Source of the DNA: an uncultured Thermoleophilia bacterium
GTDB taxonomy: Bacteria; Actinomycetota; Thermoleophilia; UBA2241
DNA: 38,960 bases
Direction of reading: 5' to 3'
Assembly (NCBI GenBank): GCA_964440225.1
Contig: CAYTRM010000002.1
Location: 1-38,960 of the forward strand
The translations under genes were made by a program, and so were the position numbers. How positions within the stretch are numbered: position 1 is the first letter of the stretch; every line of letters begins with the position of its first letter. Below are positions 26,443-34,522 of the stretch, in pieces. Under the pieces are notes generated by a model that searched no databases, had not been told where the DNA came from, and was given only the letters and a program-made list of their open reading frames with translations.

Positions 26443-28049
26443 TGGTCACCTGCACCGCCTCCGGCGGCGCGTCGCTGCTCGAGGAGGCGCGGCGACGCCG
26501 CACCTTCGCCGTCATCAGCCACCCGGACGCCGGCAAGTCCACACTCACCGAGGCCCTGGCTCTCCACGCCCGGGTGATCAGCGAGGCCGGAGCCGTGCAC
26601 GGCAAGGCCGGCCGCAGGGGCGTCGTCAGCGACTGGATGGCCATGGAGCAGCAGCGCGGCATCTCGGTCACCTCCGCGGCCCTGCAGTTCGTCTACAGGG
26701 ACGCCGTCCTGAACCTGGTCGACACCCCCGGCCACGCCGACTTCTCGGAGGACACCTACCGCGTGCTCGCCGCGGTCGACTGTGCCGTGATGCTGCTCGA
26801 CGCCGCCAAAGGCCTTGAGCCGCAGACGCTCAAACTGTTCGACGTCTGCCGGCATCGCGCACTTCCCGTCCTCACGTTCATCAACAAGTGGGACCGTCCC
26901 GGCCGTGACGCCCTCGGTCTGATCGACGAGATCGAGCAGCGACTGGGGCTCGACGCGACGCCGATCACCTGGCCGGTCGGGGAGGCCGGGTTCATGCAGG
27001 GCCTCGTCGATCGCCGCGACCCAGGCCGACTGATCCGCTTCACCCGCGCCGCCGGCGGGATCGAAGCCGCCACCGAACAGCGCGTTTCCACAGGCGCCCT
27101 CGAGCAGGTCGAGGCGCCCGCCTGGTCCGAAGCCGCGGAAGAGCTCGAGCTGCTGGACCACACGCACATGGGACTCGATCGGGACGCCTTCCTCGCCGGC
27201 CTCGCGACACCCGTCTTCTTCGGAGCCGCGGCGTCCACCATCGGCGTACGGCTGCTGCTCGACGCGCTCATCGACCTCGCTCCTTCGCCGGGGCCGCGGA
27301 GCACGCAGAGTGGAGACCCCGTGCCGATGGATGGGGCGTTCTCCGGCGTCGTGTTCAAGGTCCAGGCCAACATGGACCCTTCGCACCGCGACCGCATCGC
27401 CTTCGTGCGTGTCGCCTCCGGGGTCTTCGAGCGCGGCATGGTACTGCGCCACGCCGCGACCGGCCGGCCGTTCACGACCAAGTACGCTCACGCCATGTTC
27501 GGTCGCGACCGCAGCACGGTCGCCCGCGCGTACCCCGGAGACATCGTCGGCCTGGTCAACGCCGGGGCGCTGCGGCCCGGCGACACGCTGTACGCCGAGG
27601 AGCCGGTCATGTACCCGCCCATGCCGGCCTTCTCCCCGGAACACTTCTCCGCGATCCGCACGACCGACCCGGGCCGCGCCAAGCAGTTCCGTCGCGGCAT
27701 CTCCCAGCTCGGCAGCGAAGGCGTCATCCAGGTGCTGGTGTCGGACCGGCGGGGCAGTCAGGCGCCTGTGCTTGCCGCCGTCGGGCCCATGCAGTTCGAC
27801 GTCGTCGCCCATCGTCTCGAGCACGAATTCGGCGTGCCGACCATCATCGAGCCTCTGCCCTACCGGGTGGCCCGCCGTACGGACCAGGCCGGCCGGGGCC
27901 CCCTTGAGCGCCGCAGTGGCCTCGAGGTGCTCACGCGCCTTGAGGATGACGAACTGCTCGTGCTCTTCCCCGACAACTGGAGCCTGCACGTCACCCGGCG
28001 CGACCTGCCCGACGTCAGGCTCGACCCCCTCATCGCCGCCGGCGAGTGA
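26442..28049 (+). CDS. prfC: Peptide chain release factor 3 (translational GTPase)
   Basis: RRTFAVISHPDAGKSTLTE (G1), DWMAMEQQRGISVTS, LVDTPGHADFSEDTYR (G3), FINKWDR (G4 NKxD). Length and C-terminus are typical of RF3. The start at ATG 26442 is in a TGATG overlap with merR. Confidence 0.9.
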   Translation: MVTCTASGGASLLEEARRRRTFAVISHPDAGKSTLTEALALHARVISEAGAVHGKAGRRGVVSDWMAMEQQRGISVTSAALQFVYRDAVLNLVDTPGHADFSEDTYRVLAAVDCAVMLLDAAKGLEPQTLKLFDVCRHRALPVLTFINKWDRPGRDALGLIDEIEQRLGLDATPITWPVGEAGFMQGLVDRRDPGRLIRFTRAAGGIEAATEQRVSTGALEQVEAPAWSEAAEELELLDHTHMGLDRDAFLAGLATPVFFGAAASTIGVRLLLDALIDLAPSPGPRSTQSGDPVPMDGAFSGVVFKVQANMDPSHRDRIAFVRVASGVFERGMVLRHAATGRPFTTKYAHAMFGRDRSTVARAYPGDIVGLVNAGALRPGDTLYAEEPVMYPPMPAFSPEHFSAIRTTDPGRAKQFRRGISQLGSEGVIQVLVSDRRGSQAPVLAAVGPMQFDVVAHRLEHEFGVPTIIEPLPYRVARRTDQAGRGPLERRSGLEVLTRLEDDELLVLFPDNWSLHVTRRDLPDVRLDPLIAAGE

Positions 28050-28082
28050 CGACCCACCCACCATCCGAGAGGAGCGCCACCA

Positions 28083-28769
28083 GTGAGCACCCGGCTTCTG
28101 GGATTGGAGTGCAGTCCCCGCGACAACAGCAACAGCGGCGTCATGCTGCGCTCGGCGTTCGAGAGACTTGACGAGAAGTACCCGGGCGAGTGCGAGCACG
28201 AGGTGGTCAGCCTGCGCGACCTGCATATGGAGCCGTGCAAGGCGTGCAATGTGTGTGGCAAGCGCAAAGATACAGGCGCGTACATCCCCTGCGTGCGCGC
28301 CGAGGAGGACGACGTGCAGTCGGTGATCGACAAGATGATCGCCGCCGACGGACTGCTGGTGGCCACGCCGGTCTACTTCGGCCTGCCGTCCGACCTGTTC
28401 AGCAAGTTCATCATGCGCACTCGCACCCCCCGCCACCAGGACTTCAAGCTCGCCAACAAGCCGGTCGGAGTGCTGGCGCCGGCCGGCCGCCGTTCGGGCG
28501 GCGCCGAGACGGCGATCATCGCCACCTGGCTGCCGTTCGTGCGCAACGGGTGCCTTGTGGTGGGTAACGGCGACGGCACCTGCCAGTTCGGCGCCTACGG
28601 CTGGGCCGGCGCGCGCGGCCACATCGTCAGCGACGAGTGGGGCCTCGAGCAGTCCTTCCAGACGGCCGAGCGTGTGTATACACTCGCCGCAGTCTTCCAG
28701 GCCGGGGTCGAGGCCTCCGGCTTCGTCAGCCCGATGGTGTTCTCATACGGTCAGGGGACGCGAGCGTAG
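28083..28769 (+). CDS. Flavodoxin-fold NADPH-dependent FMN reductase family protein with iron-sulfur-flavoprotein-like Cys motif
   Basis: LLGLECSPRDNSNSG (FMN phosphate loop-like). Compact Cys motif EPCKACNVCGKRKDTGAYIPC (CX2CX2CX11C). LLVATPVYFG. Starts 33 nt after prfC. Confidence 0.75.
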   Translation: MSTRLLGLECSPRDNSNSGVMLRSAFERLDEKYPGECEHEVVSLRDLHMEPCKACNVCGKRKDTGAYIPCVRAEEDDVQSVIDKMIAADGLLVATPVYFGLPSDLFSKFIMRTRTPRHQDFKLANKPVGVLAPAGRRSGGAETAIIATWLPFVRNGCLVVGNGDGTCQFGAYGWAGARGHIVSDEWGLEQSFQTAERVYTLAAVFQAGVEASGFVSPMVFSYGQGTRA

Positions 28770-28807
28770 TGCACGCGCCGCACGCCTGACGCGGCGAGAC
28801 GAGACGA

Positions 28808-28829
28808 CCCGCCGCGAGCGTGCGGCGGG
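28808..28829. terminator. Hairpin between convergent genes
   Basis: CCCGCCGC-GAGCGT-GCGGCGGG (8-bp stem), between the flavoprotein stop (28769) and the arsR-like stop (28834). Confidence 0.4.
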
Positions 28830-28833
28830 CGGG

Positions 28834-29262
28834 CTACACCCGCATGAGCTCCCTGAACGCGTCGAGGGCGCGCGCCGCCGCATCGCCGTCGATGGAGTGA
28901 AAGGTCCACTTGCCGCGGGCCTCCTCGCGTACGAGGCCCGCCTCACGCAGCACGCGCAGGTGATACGACACCTTGGACTGCGCAAGGCCGAAGTGCTCCT
29001 GGAAGTCGCAGCCGCAGACGCCCGCGGGATCGCCTCCGCCCGGCACGCCGCGCTGCGACGGCTCCGGCAGTCGGCAGCAGGACCTGCCCTGGGCCATCAC
29101 GTCCAGCATGCCGAGCCGGATGGGGTCGCTGAGCGCCTTGGCGACCCGCGTGAGTTGCTCGACCTCCGCGGGCGCAGGGGCAGGGCAGCAGCGCTCACCG
29201 GGCAGCGCCTGCGCCTCGCAGCACCGGCCCATCGTCTCGCCCGCGTTCCGCGACGACGTCAT
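28834..29262 (-). CDS. arsR: ArsR/SmtB family regulator with unusual N-terminal and internal Cys-pair motifs
   Basis: Winged-helix core ALSDPIRLGMLDVM...LAQSKVSYHLRVLREAGLV. N-terminal extension MGRCCEAQALPGERCCP. Insertion GRSCCRLPEPSQRGVPGGGDPAGVCGCDF at the usual metal-site position. Divergent from arsM. Confidence 0.8.
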   Translation of the reverse strand: MTSSRNAGETMGRCCEAQALPGERCCPAPAPAEVEQLTRVAKALSDPIRLGMLDVMAQGRSCCRLPEPSQRGVPGGGDPAGVCGCDFQEHFGLAQSKVSYHLRVLREAGLVREEARGKWTFHSIDGDAAARALDAFRELMRV

Positions 29263-29308
29263 CCTTCACCTCCTCGCTCCGTGGCCACTTCCGCGACACG
29301 GAGTTGAC

Positions 29309-29323
29309 ATCAACGATCTTGAT
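29309..29323. promoter_or_regulatory. Perfect palindrome ATCAAcgatcTTGAT in the AT-rich arsR/arsM divergent promoter region; candidate ArsR operator
   Basis: Read directly from the sequence. A third ATCAA half-site lies at 29330-29334. A near-identical ATCAACGTATCTTGA occurs at 35317-35331 in the other ars promoter region. Confidence 0.45.
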
Positions 29324-29372
29324 TGTATCATCAAATCGACTTCTTTTGTTGTGACGATGAACGGAGAGCACC

Positions 29373-30230
29373 GTGAGCCAGATCCCCGACGACGCCGACC
29401 TCAAGACCCGCATCCGCGACCACTACGCCGAGCGCGCCGTGGCGGCGAGCCAGTCCAAGCCGTGCGGCTGCGGCTGCAGCTGCGGGCCGGCCGCGGTCGA
29501 GCCTCTCGACGACGTCGCCCGCGGGCTCTACGCCGTCGACGAGACCAGCGACCTCCCCGCCGAGGCCGTCCTCGCCAGCCTCGGCTGCGGCAACCCGACG
29601 GCGCTGGCCGACCTGCAGCCCGGCGACGTGGTGCTCGACCTGGGGAGCGGCGGCGGCATCGACGTACTGCTCAGCGCCCGCCGCGTCGGCCCCACCGGCA
29701 AGGCCTACGGCCTCGACATGACCGACGAGATGCTGGCCCTGGCCCGCGAGAACCAGCGCAAGGCCGGCGTGACCAACGTGGAGTTCCTCAAGGGCGAGCT
29801 CGAGGCGATCCCCCTGCCGGACGCCAGCGTCGACGTCATCATCAGCAACTGCGTCGTCAACCTCTCGACCGACAAGGACGCGGCGCTGGCCGAGGCGCTC
29901 CGGGTGCTCAAGCCCGGCGGGCGGCTGGCGATCAGCGACATCGTGTTCCAGGGAGACATGAGCCTGATCCCCCGGGAGCTGCTGGAGGACGCCGACGCGT
30001 GGTCGGCGTGCATCTCCGGCGCGCTCGAGGAGCGCGACTTCCTCGCCCGGCTGAGTCGCGCCGGCTTCGCCGATGCATCGATCGAGGTGACCAACGTCTA
30101 CGACGGCTCCGCCGAGAACAACATGTGCGGCGCGCCGCCGCTGCCGGCCGGCGTGCAGCTCGCAAGCGGCTTCGTGCGCGCCGTCAAGCCGGCGCCGGCC
30201 TCCTGCTGCTCGCCGGGGTGCTGCTGCTGA
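29373..30230 (+). CDS. arsM: Arsenite S-adenosylmethionine methyltransferase
   Basis: SAM motif [12 protein letters not shown]. The conserved ArsM cysteines are in context: N-terminal CGCGCSCG cluster, [14 protein letters not shown] and WSACISGA. Cys-rich tail [12 protein letters not shown] start at 29373. Confidence 0.9.
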   Translation: MSQIPDDADLKTRIRDHYAERAVAASQSKPCGCGCSCGPAAVEPLDDVARGLYAVDETSDLPAEAVLASLGCGNPTALADLQPGDVVLDLGSGGGIDVLLSARRVGPTGKAYGLDMTDEMLALARENQRKAGVTNVEFLKGELEAIPLPDASVDVIISNCVVNLSTDKDAALAEALRVLKPGGRLAISDIVFQGDMSLIPRELLEDADAWSACISGALEERDFLARLSRAGFADASIEVTNVYDGSAENNMCGAPPLPAGVQLASGFVRAVKPAPASCCSPGCCC

Positions 30231-30377
30231 CCCCGGGCGGCCGCAGCCGCCGCAACTGAGCCCCCGCGGCCCGTTCTCTGCGTCACCGGCCTGAGATAGA
30301 CTTCTGGCCGTGAGAAGTCGTGCTGACACCAGGCCCGCCGTTCGCGACCATGAGCTTGTGGGCCACCGAGGCCTGCC

Positions 30378-30677
30378 GTGAGCCTACGCATCGAGATCGA
30401 CCACCAGCGGATCGCGGAGTTCTGTCGCCGCAATCGAATCGCCCGGCTCTCGTTCTTCGGCTCCGTCCTGCGTGACGACTTCGGCCCCGAGAGCGACGTA
30501 GACGTACTCGTCCAGTTCGAGCCCGGCTGCATTCCGAGCCTGTTCGGGCTGGCCCGCATGCAGCGCGAACTCACAGAGATCCTCGGTCGCCAGGTCGACT
30601 TCAAGACGCCGGGGTTCCTGAGCCGGTACATCAGAGATCGCATACTGGCGGAGGCACAGGAAGAGTATGTCGCATAG
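30378..30677 (+). CDS. mntA: MNT-type nucleotidyltransferase antitoxin (second HepT/MntA pair)
   Basis: FFGSVLRDDFGPESDVDVLVQF motif. GTG start at 30378. Overlaps the downstream DUF86 gene by 11 nt. Confidence 0.85.
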   Translation: MSLRIEIDHQRIAEFCRRNRIARLSFFGSVLRDDFGPESDVDVLVQFEPGCIPSLFGLARMQRELTEILGRQVDFKTPGFLSRYIRDRILAEAQEEYVA

Positions 30678-31020
30678 CGACGACATCACCCGACTCCGGC
30701 ACATCCTCGACGGGTCCAAGAGGGCGATACGCATCTTGAACGGTCGTTCATTGGCGGAGCTGGCCGCCGACGAGAGTGACGATCTCGCTCTGGAGCGGTG
30801 CCTGGAGATCGTCGGCGAGGCCGCGAACCGCGTGGGTCCATCGACAATGGCGCAACTCGACGACCTGCCTTGGCGCGACATGATCGACATGCGAAACGTC
30901 ATCATCCACGCCTATCCAGACGTAGAGCTCGAGACGGTGTGGCGAACGGTGGTCGAGGATCTCCCGCCCCTCGTGGCGGTCCTGGAGCGCTTCTTTGGCG
31001 CCCGGGATCCCGCAAAGTAG
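30667..31020 (+). CDS. hepT: HepT-like (DUF86/HEPN) RNase toxin (second pair)
   Basis: Rx4HxY motif RNVIIHAYPDVELETVW. Typical size and coupling to the MNT gene. Confidence 0.85.
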   Translation: MSHSDDITRLRHILDGSKRAIRILNGRSLAELAADESDDLALERCLEIVGEAANRVGPSTMAQLDDLPWRDMIDMRNVIIHAYPDVELETVWRTVVEDLPPLVAVLERFFGARDPAK

Positions 31021-31048
31021 TGCCACAGCTCCGGCCTTGTGGCGGCGA

Positions 31049-31402
31049 CTACGAAGTCCGGTCGCCGTCCTCCACGGGTGACATCGCGAGGGTCATCGAA
31101 TCGGCCAGGCTGAGGCCGGCGGCGACCTGCATGGCCTTGAGCATGCCCAGCGGCACCGGGCACCAGGGATAGGGTCCCTTGAGGCTCTCCCTGCAGAGGG
31201 CGTGCAGGGGACTCTCCTTGCGTGTGTCCATCTCCGCGTACACATCCAACGGACCGTGCTCGGCGAGCGCGGCGACGAGCGCCGCCACGTGGTCGCACCT
31301 GGATCCGCTGGTGAAGCGGGCCTTCCGCCCTCCCCCGACGGCTGCGGCCACCGTCGCGGTGAACCCGCAGACACCGGGGTCGATCACCGTCCGCGCCCGC
31401 AC
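31049..31402 (-). CDS. Small (117 aa) four-cysteine protein of unknown function, last gene of the six-gene operon
   Basis: AAAGGAGG RBS then GTG at 31402. MRARTVIDPGVCGFTATV...GSRCDHV...LHALCRESLKGPYPWCPVPLGMLKAM. The composition is protein-like. I recognise no family with confidence. Confidence 0.55.
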   Translation of the reverse strand: MRARTVIDPGVCGFTATVAAAVGGGRKARFTSGSRCDHVAALVAALAEHGPLDVYAEMDTRKESPLHALCRESLKGPYPWCPVPLGMLKAMQVAAGLSLADSMTLAMSPVEDGDRTS

Positions 31403-31460
31403 TGCGCCTCCTTTGTCCCCGTGAGGTTCCGCAGGACTCCTGTCGTGTCGGCTCGTCCCG

Positions 31461-32207
31461 TCACGCCACCAGTCTCCAGGCCATCGTCGCGGCGATGAAG
31501 AAGAGGAGCACGCCGATCGAGGTCTTCACCTGCGCCGCCTGGAGCTTTCGGTGCATGAGCCAGGAGCCGATCAGGGCGCCGATGATCGAGGCCCCGGCGG
31601 TCCAGACGAGCAGCGTGAGGTCGATGCCGGCCACGGAGGCCTGGCCGAGGAAGCCCGTGAACGACGCGAACACGACGACGAAGGCGGTGGTGCCGGCGGC
31701 GCGCTTGGCGTCCAGCCCGAGCCACACGAGCGCAGGGACCACGAAGTTGCCTCCCCCGACGCCGAGCATCCCACCGAGGAAGCCGGCCGCGCCGCCAACG
31801 CCGGCGCCGACTCCCAGGAGTTCGCGGCGGCCGGCCAGTTCGTGCGGCTTCGGCCTGTACCAGAGCATCATGGCGCCGGCGAAGACCAGAAAGGCGACGA
31901 ACATCCACTTCAGCGTCGTCACCGGAACGAAGGAGCTCGTGTAGGCCCCGAGCGGCGAAAGAATCGTCGCAACGATCACGATCGGTACGGCGATGCGGAA
32001 GTCGACCAGCTTGGCCGGGATGTAGCGCACGCAGGCGAAGGCCATGGCGATGGCGTTGAGCAGCAGCGCCGTGGCCTGCGCCGAGTGCATCTCCACCCCC
32101 AGTACAAGGTAGACGGGAACGAGAATGAACGCCGCGCCCAACCCGGCGACCGTGAGGACGATCGTGAAGACCAGCGTGACCAGCGCCGCGATGATGTAGA
32201 GAGTCAT
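31461..32207 (-). CDS. TauE/SafE (TSUP) family anion-exporter-like membrane protein
   Basis: About eight hydrophobic helices. Characteristic internal repeats ...VAGLGAAFILVP... and ...GMLGVGGGNFVVPAL... Confidence 0.85.
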   Translation of the reverse strand: MTLYIIAALVTLVFTIVLTVAGLGAAFILVPVYLVLGVEMHSAQATALLLNAIAMAFACVRYIPAKLVDFRIAVPIVIVATILSPLGAYTSSFVPVTTLKWMFVAFLVFAGAMMLWYRPKPHELAGRRELLGVGAGVGGAAGFLGGMLGVGGGNFVVPALVWLGLDAKRAAGTTAFVVVFASFTGFLGQASVAGIDLTLLVWTAGASIIGALIGSWLMHRKLQAAQVKTSIGVLLFFIAATMAWRLVA

Positions 32208-32237
32208 GTGCCCGCCTCTCGCTTCAGCCGAGAGTCG

Positions 32238-32609
32238 TCAGACCGCCGGAGAAGCCGCGCCGTCGACCGCCGCCAGCACGCTCTCCACGAGATCGGGCAG
32301 GCGGGTCTCGTCGGTGAGATCGCCGTTCTTCTCGTAGCAGATCGCATCGGTGACCAGGAGGCTCGTCTCGGGCTCGACGTCGACGCTCTGCAGCGCCTTG
32401 GTCGCGCAAGCCACGTTGCAGCCGTTGACGGCGATGTGGTGGTCGTAGTTCTCGTGCGCCTTCTTGACGATGCCGGGGATCTGCAGAGGCAGGCCCAGAG
32501 CGCAGACGAAGCCGATCTTGCCGGGTCGCCGGCCGATCGCCTCGACGACCGCCTTGGTCGACATCTGGCCGACGTTGCAAGCGCCGGAGCAGGGCATGAC
32601 ACCGATCAT
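32238..32609 (-). CDS. DGC-domain putative zinc/metal-binding protein
   Basis: GGGAGGGG RBS then the internal ATG (cat 32607-32609). MIGVMPCSGACNVGQMS...IAVNGCNVACATKAL match the conserved PCSGxCNxG and (D/N)GC motifs of the DGC family. Confidence 0.75.
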   Translation of the reverse strand: MIGVMPCSGACNVGQMSTKAVVEAIGRRPGKIGFVCALGLPLQIPGIVKKAHENYDHHIAVNGCNVACATKALQSVDVEPETSLLVTDAICYEKNGDLTDETRLPDLVESVLAAVDGAASPAV

Positions 32610-32622
32610 GACAACCCCTCCC

Positions 32623-33240
32623 TCACGTCCGCTGCGGCGCCGGCTCGTAGCCTGCGCATGGGATGCACATCGGCGCACCGTCCTTCATGCGCACGTAGCG
32701 GTCGAACACGTACTCGCCGCAGCTTGAGCACATGGTCTTGTTGAACGAACCCTTGACCGGCGTGTAGGTGAAGTCCGGCAGATCCTCGACGATGAACATG
32801 TCGGCGTCGGACTGCTTGTACGTCCAGTCGATGACCTCGTCGGTGACGTCTGCCGGTATCTGCGAGGGCTCGACGCCGCGCTTGCGATAGGCGAAGAACT
32901 CGAAGGCCCCGAAGCCGTCCACAAACGACGGCTTGAGCGCGTACCGCACGGCGCCTTTGTCGGGGTGGTAGAAGACGGCGGCCAGCTTGCCGTAGTACGT
33001 CTTCTTCATGACGGTCTTGCCGTAGGTGGCGCCGGTCGCGGCCTGGAGCCCGTCCGCCATGCACGTCTGCGGGTGCCCCTCGCCGATCTCCGGGAAGACG
33101 AAGAAGCCGTGGTCCTGCTCTCGCTCCACTCCCAGGCGCTGCATGGCGAGCAGGCCCATGCGATAGCCGAGCGGCATGAACGGGCAGCGGTGGCCGTGGA
33201 ACTCGAAGGCCCACTCGGGGGGTGTGAGTGATGTGGTCAT
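32623..33240 (-). CDS. FmdE/FwdE-domain protein with C-terminal zinc ribbon
   Basis: AAGGAGGAA RBS. FHGHRCPFMPLGYRMG (FmdE signature). C-terminal CSSCGEYV...x...CIPCAG (CxxC...CxxC). Confidence 0.8.
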   Translation of the reverse strand: MTTSLTPPEWAFEFHGHRCPFMPLGYRMGLLAMQRLGVEREQDHGFFVFPEIGEGHPQTCMADGLQAATGATYGKTVMKKTYYGKLAAVFYHPDKGAVRYALKPSFVDGFGAFEFFAYRKRGVEPSQIPADVTDEVIDWTYKQSDADMFIVEDLPDFTYTPVKGSFNKTMCSSCGEYVFDRYVRMKDGAPMCIPCAGYEPAPQRT

Positions 33241-33300
33241 GATTCCTCCTTGTCAGGTGCCGTACGCGGGTGGGACGCCCAGCCCGATCCTCCCGGCGGC

Positions 33301-34521
33301 TCAGCCAAGGACGGCGTTGAACAGGAAGCCGACGAGCATGATGCCGGCGCCGACCACGCCGAGGAAGGTGAAGATGAGCGGCCACTTGAGGACCTTCTTG
33401 AGGATGATCGTCTCCGGCAGTGAGAGCGCGATGACGGCCATCATGAAGGCGAGCACGGTGCCGAGCGCGGCTCCCTTGCCGAGCAGCGCCTCCACGATGG
33501 GGATGATGCCGGCGGCGTTGGAGTACATGGGGATGCCGAAGAGCACGGCGAGCGGCACGCTCCACCAGGCGTCGGCGCCCATGATGCCGGCGATGAAGTC
33601 CTCCGGCACGTACCCGTGGATGACGGCGCCGACGGCGATGCCGGCGATCACGTAGAGCCACACCTTGCCGACGATGTCCTTGACCGCCTGCCAGGCGTAG
33701 GCCACGCGCCCGTCCCAGTCCAGCTCCTGCACGTCCTCCCCGTCGCCCATGCGGATCTCGCGCACCCAGTCCTCGACGTAGCGGTCCATGCCCAGACGGC
33801 CGATGATCCACCCCGCGACGATGGCGATGGTGAGGCCGGTGACGAGGTACAGGCCGGCCACCCTCCAGCCGAAGAGGCCGTAGAGCAGCACCAGCGCGAT
33901 CTCGTTGACCATGGGCGCGGCGATGAGGAAGGAGAACGTGACGCCCAGCGGGATGCCGGCCTCGACGAAGCCGATGAACAGCGGAACGGCCGAGCAACTG
34001 CAGAACGGGGTGACGGTGCCCAGTCCGGCCGCCATGACGTTGCCCGTGGTCTCGCGCCGCCCGCGCAGCAGCGCGCGCGTGCGCTGCGGGCTGAAGAACG
34101 AGCGCACCATGCCGACGCCGAACACGACGATCGTGAGCAGCAGCAGCACCTTGACGGTGTCGTAGACGAAGAACTCGAGCGCGGAGGCGAAGCGCCCCGT
34201 GGTGAGCCCGAGCACGTCGACGAAGAGCCAGGTGACGATGGGCAGCCAGTAGTGGTACACGACTGCCCAGAGCGCGACCCCGAGGGTGACGCGCGCCCAC
34301 CAAGGCAGGCGGCCGAAGGCGCGTGCGGCGGCCCGGAACGGCGCGCGCGGGCCGCCGCTCGACTTCTCGGGCGGAGCGCCCGCGGACGCCGTCGCCGGCG
34401 TGCCGCACTCGCAGGCCGGGACGACGCGCTGCGGATCGGCCGGCGGGTCGGTCACGACGGCGGCCGTCTCCTCCGCCGCGGCCGGCCCGGCGATGTCCTC
34501 ATGCACCGTGCCGGACGCCAC
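33301..34521 (-). CDS. PF03773-type permease (family that includes the organoarsenical exporter ArsP) with a roughly 70-aa Ala/Pro-rich N-terminal extension
   Basis: Signature GTVTPFCSCSAVPLF plus multiple transmembrane helices. The proposed GTG start (cac 34519-34521) is 1 nt after the upstream stop and follows GGGGAGG. The start is uncertain, and the longer ORF to 34701 would overlap the upstream gene. Confidence 0.8.
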   Translation of the reverse strand: MASGTVHEDIAGPAAAEETAAVVTDPPADPQRVVPACECGTPATASAGAPPEKSSGGPRAPFRAAARAFGRLPWWARVTLGVALWAVVYHYWLPIVTWLFVDVLGLTTGRFASALEFFVYDTVKVLLLLTIVVFGVGMVRSFFSPQRTRALLRGRRETTGNVMAAGLGTVTPFCSCSAVPLFIGFVEAGIPLGVTFSFLIAAPMVNEIALVLLYGLFGWRVAGLYLVTGLTIAIVAGWIIGRLGMDRYVEDWVREIRMGDGEDVQELDWDGRVAYAWQAVKDIVGKVWLYVIAGIAVGAVIHGYVPEDFIAGIMGADAWWSVPLAVLFGIPMYSNAAGIIPIVEALLGKGAALGTVLAFMMAVIALSLPETIILKKVLKWPLIFTFLGVVGAGIMLVGFLFNAVLG

Positions 34522-34522
34522 G

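Noticed and set aside
26373-28622. 749-aa minus-strand ORF spanning prfC and the flavoprotein gene
   Set aside because: It is antisense to an unmistakable RF3 GTPase (G1-G4 motifs on the plus strand). Its translation is Arg/Gly/Ala/Asp-rich with no domain signatures.
32606-34408. 600-aa minus-strand ORF, and the 397-aa plus ORF at 31551-32744
   Set aside because: These are out-of-frame or antisense shadows over the FmdE-like, permease, DGC and TauE genes. They are His/Arg/Gly-rich, have no transmembrane segments or motifs, and would break an otherwise well-spaced operon with good RBSs.
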